Under the pieces are notes generated by a model that did not search any database, had not been told where the DNA came from, and saw only the letters and a list, made by a program, of their open reading frames with translations. The position numbers and the translations under genes were made by a program. From the NCBI RefSeq assembly GCF_000406145.1, contig NZ_CM001976.1:2921337-2953336 (forward strand): a stretch of 32,000 nt of DNA, in the 5' to 3' direction. The stretch comes from Dickeya dadantii NCPPB 898 (lineage in GTDB: Bacteria; Pseudomonadota; Gammaproteobacteria; Enterobacterales; Enterobacteriaceae). Shown here one piece after another: positions 9,741-21,886 of the stretch. Each line of letters opens with the position of its first letter. Positions within the stretch are counted from its first letter, which is position 1.

Positions 9741-9823
9741 GTCTGCTCCTTAGATTGTCTTTAGAGCGCATCGACGGATACGCTCTGCGTCCGCCCTGAC
9801 AGCGGGATTGTCAGCGGTGCCGC

Positions 9824-10759
9824 TCATAGAGATTGGCGCGGCGCCGTCTGACCCATCAAGTGTAGCAATGCCGCGCCGCGTACGCCGCCCGCATCGCCAT
9901 AATGGGCTTTCTCAATACGCGGTACGCGGGCCACCGGCAACAGACTGCCCGGCAATCGATGCGGCAGTTGGCGATAAATCTCGTCAAAATTCGACAAGCC
10001 GCCTCCCAGCACCACTAGATGCGGGTCGACCAGCGTCAGCAGATTGCCGAGACACACCGCCAGCAACGCCAGATAGCGATCCACATGCGCCTGCGCCTGT
10101 GGATCGCCGGCGTAGAACGCCGCAATAATCTCCGGTGCCGACAGCGTGCGCCGGCTGAAATGCGCGTACAACCATTCAAATCCGCGCCCGGAGAGGTAGT
10201 TTTCCACACAACCGACACGGCCGCAGCCACATTTTACGCGTGGAATCGTCTCGCCAAGAATATCCAGCGCGTCAATCGGCAAACGAAAATGACCGAATTC
10301 ACCGGCGATGCCATTCTTCCCGTCCACCACCTGCCCATTGACCACCAGACCGCCGCCCATGCCGGTGCCGAGAATAATCCCCAGTACCACCGGATAGGAG
10401 CGAAACGCCTCGTTCCAGGCTTCCGAGAGCGCAAAACAGTTGGCGTCGTTGCTGAGCCGAACCTCGCGTTGCAGCAACCGGCTGAGATCGGCGCGCAACG
10501 GTCGCCCCATGGCGGCGGGCAGATTCGCGGCGAACAAAGTACCGTCGTCGGTATTCTCCATACCGGGCACCCCGACGCCGACCCACCCGCGCCCGCCGAT
10601 CAGCGCGTCGGCTTCTTCGGTCAGGGTTAGCAAGGCGCGCAGCAGACGATCATAATCGTCCCGGGGAGTGGGAATTCGCTTTTGCCAGATGCGCTGTAGA
10701 TCGGCGTCAAACACCGCCAGCTCGATCTTGGTGCCTCCGATGTCAAAACCGTAATACAT
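9824..10759 (-). CDS. nagK: N-acetyl-D-glucosamine kinase (ROK family)
   Basis: The track ORF starts at 10810. The ATG at 10757-10759 gives [14 protein letters not shown]... (the ortholog N-terminus) with a GGGGAG Shine-Dalgarno motif upstream. Has the ROK zinc motif [15 protein letters not shown]. Confidence 0.93.
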   Translation of the reverse strand: MYYGFDIGGTKIELAVFDADLQRIWQKRIPTPRDDYDRLLRALLTLTEEADALIGGRGWVGVGVPGMENTDDGTLFAANLPAAMGRPLRADLSRLLQREVRLSNDANCFALSEAWNEAFRSYPVVLGIILGTGMGGGLVVNGQVVDGKNGIAGEFGHFRLPIDALDILGETIPRVKCGCGRVGCVENYLSGRGFEWLYAHFSRRTLSAPEIIAAFYAGDPQAQAHVDRYLALLAVCLGNLLTLVDPHLVVLGGGLSNFDEIYRQLPHRLPGSLLPVARVPRIEKAHYGDAGGVRGAALLHLMGQTAPRQSL

Positions 10760-10788
10760 GGACGCTCCCCCAGCTTCAGACAAAATGA

Positions 10789-10818
10789 CGCCGCCGCAGC
10801 GCTTACGCAACGGCGGCG
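10789..10818 (-). terminator. Stem-loop between lolE and nagK (possible attenuator or terminator)
   Basis: 8-bp all-GC stem cgccgccg / cggcggcg (10789-10796 and 10811-10818) with a 14-nt loop. On the minus strand it is followed by TCATTTTGT. Confidence 0.4.
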
Positions 10819-10823
10819 CGGGT

Positions 10824-12067
10824 TTACTGGCCGCTCAATACCCGGGCCGGATCGATACGGCTGGCGCGGCGGGCCGGATACCAACTGGCAATCAGGCTCA
10901 GCACCAGCGAGGTGACCAGCACGATAATCACATCCAGCATATGCAGTTCCGACGGCAGAAAATCGATGAAATAAATATCGCCGGACAGAAAACGGTGGCC
11001 GGTCAGCGTTTCAAGGCCGCGAATCAGCGGCGTCAGCTGTAGCGTGACCACAATACCCGCCACGGTACCCACCACGCTGCCGAGCAGCCCGGCCAGCAAA
11101 CCGTACCAGACAAAAATGGCGCGGATCAGGCCGTCGCCCGCGCCCAGCGTCCTTAACACAGCGATATCGCTGCTCTTGTCCTTCACCGCCATCACCAGCG
11201 TGGAAACGATGTTGAAGCAGGCCACGCCGATGACCAGCACCATAGCAAGGTACATGATGGTACGGATCATCTGGATATCGCGGTACATATAGCCGTAAGT
11301 ACCGACCCAGCTGCGAATATAAACATAGACATTGGTCGCCTCGCCCGCGTCATGCACCAGCTTCTGGGCGGCAAACACATCCTGTGCCTTGATGGCGATA
11401 CCGGTGATGCCGTCACCCAGTTCCAGATACTGCTGGGCATCGGCCAGCGGCACCAGCGCCAGGCTGTGATCCAACTGACCGCTCAATTGCAAAATGCCCG
11501 CCACCTGTAACCGAATGCGCTTCGGCTGCAGCAGTTTCATCTGCGGGTCGCTATTGGGGATCATCACGGTAACCCAGTCGCCGTTTTTCACGCCCAGCGC
11601 ATCCGCCACACCCTTACCGATAATGACCTGCTGTGCGCCGGCATGAAAACGCGACCAGGCGTTATCCTGCACGAACTGCGGCAGCGCGCTAAGTTTCAGT
11701 TCCTGTTGGGGATCCACGCCTTTGAACTGGATCGCCTTCAGGCTGGCGCCGTTTTCCAGCAACCCGGTAAAACTGACGTAAGGCGCCGCGGCGGCGACGC
11801 CGGGAACGCGTTCAATCTTCGGCAACAGCGGTTGCCAGTCCCGGAACGGCTGGTTGGCCGCTTCGATTTCACCATGCGGTACCACGGCCAGAATGCGGTT
11901 GTTTAGCTCGCGCTCGAAACCATTCATCGCGCTCAGACCGACGATCAGCACCGCCACGCCGAGCGCAATACCAAGGGTGGAAATCACCGAAATCAGCGAC
12001 ACCATGCCGCTGCGGCGGCGCCCGCGGCTGAAACGTAGCCCGATCAGCAGCGAAAGCGGAGGAAAGG

Positions 12068-12071
<4 letters not shown>
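10824..12071 (-). CDS. lolE: Lipoprotein-release ABC transporter permease LolE
   Basis: 415-aa ORF of the MacB/FtsX-type permease family. Its ATG overlaps the lolD stop (ATGA). lolC-lolD-lolE order is preserved. Confidence 0.94.
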
Positions 12072-12767
<696 letters not shown>

Positions 12768-12775
<8 letters not shown>

Positions 12776-13971
12776 AACGTAAAGCCTCTGCGGGATGGGT
12801 GGCGGCCGCGCGCCAGGAAGGATAAAGCGTGGAAAGCAGCGCCAGCAGCATCGCCACCAGCGCGATGGCGATGACCTGCGCCGGCTGGATCTGCACCGGC
12901 AGCGCGCCGCCGTCGATCAGCAGTCCGAGCATCGGCATCAGGGTATTGAGCTGACTGGCCAGCACCATACCCAGTATCGCCCCGACCAGCCGCCCCCATC
13001 ACACCGGCGCCGCCGCCCTGAACCATGAATACCGCCATAATCTGGCGTCGGGTCAACCCCTGCGTTTGCAGAATAGCGACCTCGCCCTGTTTTTCCATCA
13101 CCAGCAAACCCAGCGAAGTAATGATATTAAACGCGGCGACGGCCACAATCAGGCTTAGCAGCAGCCCCATCATGTTTTTCTCCATCCTCACCGCCTGGAA
13201 CAGCTCGCCTTTGCGTTCGCGCCAGTCTTTCCACGCTGTCCCCGGCGGCAATGCCTGCTGGCTGAGCGTGTCCACCGTCAGCGGCTGATTGAGCCACAGC
13301 CGCCAGCCGGTGATATTGCCGAGCGGGTAGCGCATCAGGCGCGAGGCGTCCTGCTGGTTAACCAACAGCTGATAGCCATCCACTTCGCTGCGGGCGGAAA
13401 AGGTGCCGGCTACGGTAAACAACCGCTGACTGGGAACCCGCCCCATCGGCGTCAACTGGCTGGCGCTGGTGACCATCAGCCGCAGTTGGTCGCCCGGTTT
13501 AACGCCAAGCTGGCTGGCCAACTGCTCGCCGAGAATCACCTGATACTGCCCCGGCTGCAACTGCTGCAAGTGGGTATTGACCAGATAGTTAGCCAGCGGC
13601 TCCTGCTCGTCGGGGTTAACGCCGAGCATCACCCCCACCGCCACGCTGCGGGCGCTTTGCAGCACCACATCGCCGGTGGTCAGCGGCGCGATACGGCTGA
13701 TGCCTTTCAGGCTGGACAGCGAAGAAGACGGCAACGTCTGCGGGTTAAGGGAGCCTTGCGGCGTGGTGATGATGGCCTGGGGCATCAGCCCCAGAATGCT
13801 GTTTTCCAGCTCCCGCTCAAAGCCGTTCATCACCGACAGCACGGTGACCAACGCCATCACCCCGAGGGTGATACCAATAGCGGACAACCAGGAAACAAAC
13901 CGCCCGAAGCGGTCCGCGGCCCGCCCTCGCATGTAGCGCAGGCCGATGAAAAGTGCGACAGGTTGATACAT
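12768..13971 (-). pseudogene. lolC: lolC (lipoprotein-release permease) interrupted by an apparent 1-nt insertion near 12990-12997; either a sequencing error or a genuine frameshift
   Basis: The frame from ATG 13971 is LolC-like up to ...[16 protein letters not shown]. It then becomes Arg/Gly/Ala-rich nonsense ([29 protein letters not shown]...). The conserved LolC C-terminus [64 protein letters not shown] is in another frame (track ORF 12768-12968). Removing one G from ATGGGGGCGGCTGG (minus strand) joins them into a 400-codon ORF ending in the usual ATGAGTAA overlap with lolD. Confidence 0.85.
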
Positions 13972-14099
13972 GAAATCCGTCTGGATGAGGTTGCTAAAGC
14001 AAAGTGAACAAGGATAATAAAGGGTAGTACTACTTTATGGAACCCTAACCCTCTCTCTTCCCGACTTTTTCTTAGTGGATATCGAGACCTGATAATCGG

Positions 14100-17552
<3,453 letters not shown>

Positions 17553-17610
17553 TCATTTTTCTGCCCTAAATTGTGATGGCCCGACTAAAATCAAAAGAAT
17601 AACCGCCGAT

Positions 17611-17812
17611 ATATATCCCAAATAATTCGAGTTGCATAAAGGCGGCAACCGAGTGAATCCCCCGGAACCGGCATAAATCGGCGACGGGGGAACGACAACA
17701 CTGCCGGGAGCCGTGTTGAACGCGGCTTGCCGTGGACCAAAAGGGCGAGGCCTATGGAGGGGCCGGGTAATAAAACCAGCGTACCTGCAACTTGAAGGAT
17801 GCCGGGTATAAA
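17611..17812 (+). repeat. ERIC/IRU-family intergenic repeat carrying an internal insertion (about 200 bp in total)
   Basis: The left end AATAATTCGAGTTGCATAAAGGCGGCAACCGAGTGAATCCCCCGG and the right end CCTGCAACTTGAAGGATGCCGGGTATA match the ERIC consensus ends and core (GTGAATCCCC..CATAA..GACGGGGG) as I recall them. The element is about 65-70 bp longer than the roughly 127-bp consensus. Confidence 0.8.
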
Positions 17813-17845
17813 AAACTATAAGGTCAGTTCAAGGGCCATACACAA

Positions 17846-19351
17846 ATGAATAAACTGATCGCTTTTTTGACCTTTTTAGCAATGTTCGCCATGGGCTTAT
17901 GGGCAATTTACTATCAGGACTACCGTACTGATCGTCAGGGCGCTTATGCCAACGCGGAAAGGGCAGTCAAAAATATCGAAGATATTCTCAATGAGGCCAG
18001 AGATGCGGTGGAAGAGAGTAAACCGCTGCTGGCCCAACCCTGCACGTCTGACGTCATCCGACAACTGAATATGACGGCGGCGATCGCCAGCCATCTGCGC
18101 ACCGTCAGCCTGATCAAAAATGATGTGGTGTACTGCTCGTCGCTGTACGGCGTGGATAATCGCCCCGCCGCGCTGGGCCGCTTTCATATGCGGGAACTGG
18201 CGCTGCTGGCCGGCAACTCCGTCACGCCGGACAGAACCCTGATTATGTATCTTGGCACCACATCGGACGGCAGTGTCGGCGTCGCCATACATGGTCAGCA
18301 TTTGACCAACGTTCTGGACCTGCTCAGCAAGCGACGGAATCTTTTTTTGCTGGTCGGCAATACCTGGATATCCCGCGATAATAAGGTGTCGGCATTTAAC
18401 CCTGAAGATCTGCGTCATTTTGTTATTACCCCTTCCAACCACTACCATTTTTCCATCCTGTTTCCTCTCGACGACAAATATTCTCTTGTCGACTTTTGGG
18501 ATCAGGAAAAAATGACGTTGCTGGTGGTTTTCCTGATTGCTCTCGGCTCCGGCTTTCTGGCTTATAAATATTCGACGCGCCTTAATTCGCCTTATGACGG
18601 CATTCGTCGCGCCATCGAAAATCAGGAAGTGCTGCCTTATTACCAGCCGGTTATCTCCACCGAATCACAGGAAATTTATGGTGTGGAAGTGCTGGCGCGC
18701 TGGCATCACCCGAAGAGCGGTTTTATTTCTCCCGATATTTTTATTCCGTTGTGTGAACAAAGCGGCCTGATTATCCCGATGACCCGCTCGTTAATGAGCA
18801 GCGTGGTGCGCGATTTTGCATCCCGTTTGGACACCCTGCCGGACCATTTGCACATCGGCATCAATATCAGCGCATTGCACTGTCAGTCCGACGATTTTAT
18901 TACCGACTGCCAGAACTTCATCGCCGCCTTTGGCGAGAAAAAAGTGCACCTGATGATTGAAATTACCGAGCGGGAAAAAATCGACATTACGCCGGAAACC
19001 ATCGCCTTCTTCAAAAAGCTAAGCAACGCCGGCGTGCTGATCGCGCTGGACGATTTCGGCACCGGCTATTCCAATTTCGACTATCTCAGAAAACTGCACG
19101 TGAATGTCATCAAGATCGACCAGTCGTTTGTCAGCATGATTGACGAGAACGATCCGCAATCCAGCACGCTGGTGAACTGCGTTATCGACCTGGCGCAGCA
19201 GATGAACCTGATGACCGTCGCCGAAGGGGTGGAAACCGAATATCAGGCCGCGTTTTTGTCCCGCAAGCAGATCAATTTCATGCAGGGGTATTTCTTCTCC
19301 CGACCGCTGCCGTTTGACGAACTGGCGCAAACCTGGCTCAGCAAACGCTGA
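17846..19351 (+). CDS. CSS-motif-domain / EAL-domain cyclic-di-GMP phosphodiesterase (PdeB/C/D/G/N-type architecture)
   Basis: 501-aa ORF. It has an N-terminal TM helix, a periplasmic domain with Cys66 (QPCTSD) and the CSS motif (VVYCSSLYG, Cys97), and a second TM helix (LLVVFLIALGSGFLAY). The EAL domain has canonical residues: EVLARW, NISA, EITE, DDFGTGYSNF, KIDQSF, EGVETE and QGYFFSRP. Confidence 0.9.
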   Translation: MNKLIAFLTFLAMFAMGLWAIYYQDYRTDRQGAYANAERAVKNIEDILNEARDAVEESKPLLAQPCTSDVIRQLNMTAAIASHLRTVSLIKNDVVYCSSLYGVDNRPAALGRFHMRELALLAGNSVTPDRTLIMYLGTTSDGSVGVAIHGQHLTNVLDLLSKRRNLFLLVGNTWISRDNKVSAFNPEDLRHFVITPSNHYHFSILFPLDDKYSLVDFWDQEKMTLLVVFLIALGSGFLAYKYSTRLNSPYDGIRRAIENQEVLPYYQPVISTESQEIYGVEVLARWHHPKSGFISPDIFIPLCEQSGLIIPMTRSLMSSVVRDFASRLDTLPDHLHIGINISALHCQSDDFITDCQNFIAAFGEKKVHLMIEITEREKIDITPETIAFFKKLSNAGVLIALDDFGTGYSNFDYLRKLHVNVIKIDQSFVSMIDENDPQSSTLVNCVIDLAQQMNLMTVAEGVETEYQAAFLSRKQINFMQGYFFSRPLPFDELAQTWLSKR

Positions 19352-19411
19352 GCCGGCGTATCGTGTAGCCGACGCACTGACGATAAACGCGTTTTATCCG
19401 CCCCTTAGTCT

Positions 19412-19440
19412 TTACAAGCCCGGAGACAAGCGGTAAATTC
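19412..19440 (+). promoter_or_regulatory. Candidate sigma70 promoter for yegD
   Basis: TTTACA (19412-19417), a 17-nt spacer, then TAAATT (19435-19440), about 37 nt upstream of the yegD ATG. Based on the sequence match only. Confidence 0.35.
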
Positions 19441-19476
19441 CCGCCCCTTCTCTACTGGCATGGGGATAAAAAAACA

Positions 19477-20826
19477 ATGTTTGTCGGCTTTGATTATGGT
19501 ACGGCCAACTGCTCGCTGGCCGTCATGGAACACGGGGCGCCACGTTTGCTGCGGCTGGAGCAACAGTCGCCCTATTTGCAGTCGATGCTGTGCGCGCCCA
19601 GCCGCGAAGCGGTCAGCGAATGGCTGTGGCGGCATCATCAGGTCACCGCGGAAGGCGACAACGCCCAGCTGCTGCAACGCGCCATCAACCACAACCGCGA
19701 GGAAGATATCCGGGTTCAGCCGGACAGCGTCAGGTTCGGGCTGGCGGCGCTGGCCCATTACATGGATGACCCGGAAGACGTCTGGTTCGTGAAATCACCC
19801 AAGTCGTTTCTCGGCGCCACCGGGCTGAAACCACAGCAAATGGCGCTGTTTGAGGATCTGGTGTGTACCATGATGCTGCACATTCGCCAGCAGGCCGAGC
19901 AACAGCTCGACCAGCCGATCGAACAGGCGGTGATTGGCCGGCCAATCAACTTTCAGGGCATGGGCGGCGAAGAGTCCAATCGTCAGGCACAGGGCATTCT
20001 GGAACGGGCTGCCCGACGCGCCGGGTTCCGGCAGGTGGCGTTCCAGTTTGAACCGGTGGCCGCCGGCCTTGATTTCGAAGCCACGCTGCAACAAGAACAA
20101 CGGGTGCTGGTGGTGGATATCGGCGGCGGCACCACCGACTGCTCGATGTTGCTCATGGGGCCGGACTGGCGCAACCGTCGCGAACGCGCGGAAAGCCTGC
20201 TGGGCCACAGCGGCTGCCGGGTAGGCGGCAACGATCTGGACATCATGCTGGCGTTTCGGCAGTTCTGCCCATTGCTGGGGATGAACGGCATCACCGAAAA
20301 AGGCACCGCCCTGCCGGTGCTACCGTGGTGGAACGCCGTCGCCATCAACGACGTGCCGGCACAGGCGGAATTCTACAGCAACGCCTGCGGTAAGCTGCTG
20401 CGCGATTTGATCCGCGATGCGCGCGAACCCGACCGGGTGGAGCGCCTGCTGACCGTGTGGCGTCAGCGGCTCAGCTACCGTCTGGTGCGGCTGGCGGAAG
20501 AACAGAAAATCGCCCTGTCGCAGGCGGAAAGCACGCAGGCGCATCTGTCGTTCATCTCGCCCGACCTGGCAACCCGCGTCAGCGCGAATCAGTTGGAAGA
20601 GGCCATTACCCAGCCGCTGGAACATATCAGGCAGCAGCTCGTTCAGGCACAGAAAAACAGCCAGACCCGGCCGGATGTGATTTACCTGACCGGCGGCAGC
20701 GCCCGCTCGCCGTTGCTGCGCGCCGCCATCAGCGACTGTCTGCCCGATGTGCCGATCGCCAGCGGCGACGATTTCGGTTCCGTCACCGCCGGGTTGGCCC
20801 GTTGGGCCGAGACACTGTTCCGCTAA
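19477..20826 (+). CDS. yegD: Hsp70/actin-fold ATPase YegD (DnaK-like chaperone paralog)
   Basis: 449-aa ORF, colinear with E. coli YegD as I recall it (MF.GFDYGTANCS.AVM, WFVKSPKSFLGA.GLKPQQ.ALFEDLVC.MMLHIRQQA, VVDIGGGTTDCS.LLMGP, YLTGGSARSPL, GDDFGSVTAGLARWAE). Confidence 0.94.
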   Translation: MFVGFDYGTANCSLAVMEHGAPRLLRLEQQSPYLQSMLCAPSREAVSEWLWRHHQVTAEGDNAQLLQRAINHNREEDIRVQPDSVRFGLAALAHYMDDPEDVWFVKSPKSFLGATGLKPQQMALFEDLVCTMMLHIRQQAEQQLDQPIEQAVIGRPINFQGMGGEESNRQAQGILERAARRAGFRQVAFQFEPVAAGLDFEATLQQEQRVLVVDIGGGTTDCSMLLMGPDWRNRRERAESLLGHSGCRVGGNDLDIMLAFRQFCPLLGMNGITEKGTALPVLPWWNAVAINDVPAQAEFYSNACGKLLRDLIRDAREPDRVERLLTVWRQRLSYRLVRLAEEQKIALSQAESTQAHLSFISPDLATRVSANQLEEAITQPLEHIRQQLVQAQKNSQTRPDVIYLTGGSARSPLLRAAISDCLPDVPIASGDDFGSVTAGLARWAETLFR

Positions 20827-20890
20827 AGGCTGTTCCGTTAAAGGCTGTTCTGCTAAATACTATATCCGCTAAACAGTATTCCGTTCGTCA
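20815..20890. repeat. 15-bp tandem repeat array seeded on the yegD stop codon (3 clean copies plus about 2 degenerate copies)
   Basis: CTGTTCCGCTAAAGG (20815-20829), CTGTTCCGTTAAAGG (20830-20844) and CTGTTCTGCTAAATA (20845-20859), followed by the decayed copies CTATATCCGCTAAACA and GTATTCCGTTCGTCA. Copy 1 contains the last yegD codons, LFR plus TAA. Confidence 0.8.
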
Positions 20891-20896
20891 GGCGCC

Positions 20897-21712
20897 TCAG
20901 GACACCGCCGTCGTGAGGCGCTCAAACCAGCGCTGGCTGTCGTAATCGTCGGCCAGCACAATCCCGAACTGCTGTTGCAGACAGTCCAGATAATCGCGGT
21001 GGCTGTCGATCCGTCGTTCGCTTTTCTGCCCATGGCGAGTCACGATCAGCCGGTTGTCCGATAGCGTCACCCGCCCTTCCGGCGTTACGCGGGTGCAAAG
21101 CGATTTACCGGTAAAAGGTGATGACGGCGAGGTCTGGTGGTAATGCGCCATGTCGGCGTATTCCTCCAGTTGCCGGGGTTGCAGCGTAAACTTGTACTGT
21201 GGTTTCCATGCCTGACCCGCCGTCAGTTGCTGCAACTGATAACCGTCATCCGTGGCCGCCACCCGATAGCTGACTAGCTCTTCGTGGGATACCGCGCCAG
21301 ACAGCGGCACCGGCACGCAGAATGAATCGCCGAAACTGATATCGGCAATCACCGCCGCCTGCGGCAGCTCGACTTTCAGAAACAGATGGTCGAATGGCTG
21401 TCCGTAATGGCCGTCGTCGTTCCACACCTGCCCTGCCAGCAGTTGCACATCAAACCCCAATGCCTTCAGCAGCAGATAAAATCCGTAGTTAAGTTCGTAG
21501 CAGAAACCGCCGCGCCGCGCATCAACGATCTTGCGATAGATAGCGGATTGATCAAGGCGTATCGGTTTCCCGAACACCACATCCAGGTTTTCAAACGGAA
21601 TGTGCGTAAGGTGAGCAAGATGGAGCCTGTGCAGTTGTAAGGCCGGTTCCGTGGGCAGTGAACTGACGCCAATGCGTTGCAGATAGCGTTGAACTTCTGA
21701 ATGATCCAGCAT
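20897..21712 (-). CDS. Arylamine N-acetyltransferase (NAT/NhoA family)
   Basis: 271-aa ORF with the NAT hallmarks IPFENLDV and RGGFCYELN (catalytic Cys71). His109 (FDHLFL) and Asp124 (IADISFGD) are present for the Cys-His-Asp triad. GGGAAG Shine-Dalgarno motif upstream of the ATG. Confidence 0.88.
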   Translation of the reverse strand: MLDHSEVQRYLQRIGVSSLPTEPALQLHRLHLAHLTHIPFENLDVVFGKPIRLDQSAIYRKIVDARRGGFCYELNYGFYLLLKALGFDVQLLAGQVWNDDGHYGQPFDHLFLKVELPQAAVIADISFGDSFCVPVPLSGAVSHEELVSYRVAATDDGYQLQQLTAGQAWKPQYKFTLQPRQLEEYADMAHYHQTSPSSPFTGKSLCTRVTPEGRVTLSDNRLIVTRHGQKSERRIDSHRDYLDCLQQQFGIVLADDYDSQRWFERLTTAVS

Positions 21713-21843
21713 ATATCTTCCCGGTGCCTGAATAAGAGCCTATCTCAATAGGCGGCATTGGCAATGTGCTGTCGATAATACCCCTTCGCTGCCTATTGAT
21801 AAACGGGACGCCGTATTCGGCTGACAATAAGGCGATACCGGTC

Positions 21844-21882
21844 ACGGGCGGCGCATCGGCCAACTGGACGTGCGCCGCCCGT
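21844..21882 (-). terminator. Strong GC-rich stem-loop immediately after the GH31 stop
   Basis: 12-bp perfect stem acgggcggcgca / tgcgccgcccgt (21844-21855 and 21871-21882) with a 15-nt loop, 4 nt after the stop. There is no clear U-tract, so it may be an mRNA 3'-end stabiliser or a non-canonical terminator. Confidence 0.45.
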
Positions 21883-21886
21883 CTGG

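Noticed and set aside
12960-13030. Programmed ribosomal frameshifting as the explanation for the lolC frame break.
   Set aside because: There is no slippery heptamer, no rare or stop codon in the 0 frame at the junction, and no obvious downstream stimulatory structure. A simple indel in a G-run is more parsimonious. It is kept as a finding only because lolC is normally essential.
19400-19450. Sigma32 heat-shock promoter upstream of the Hsp70-like yegD (CCCCTTAG and CCCGCCCCTT motifs).
   Set aside because: The -35-like and -10-like elements are about 30 nt apart, and neither matches CTTGAAA / CCCCATNT well. A sigma70-type TTTACA-17-TAAATT fits better.
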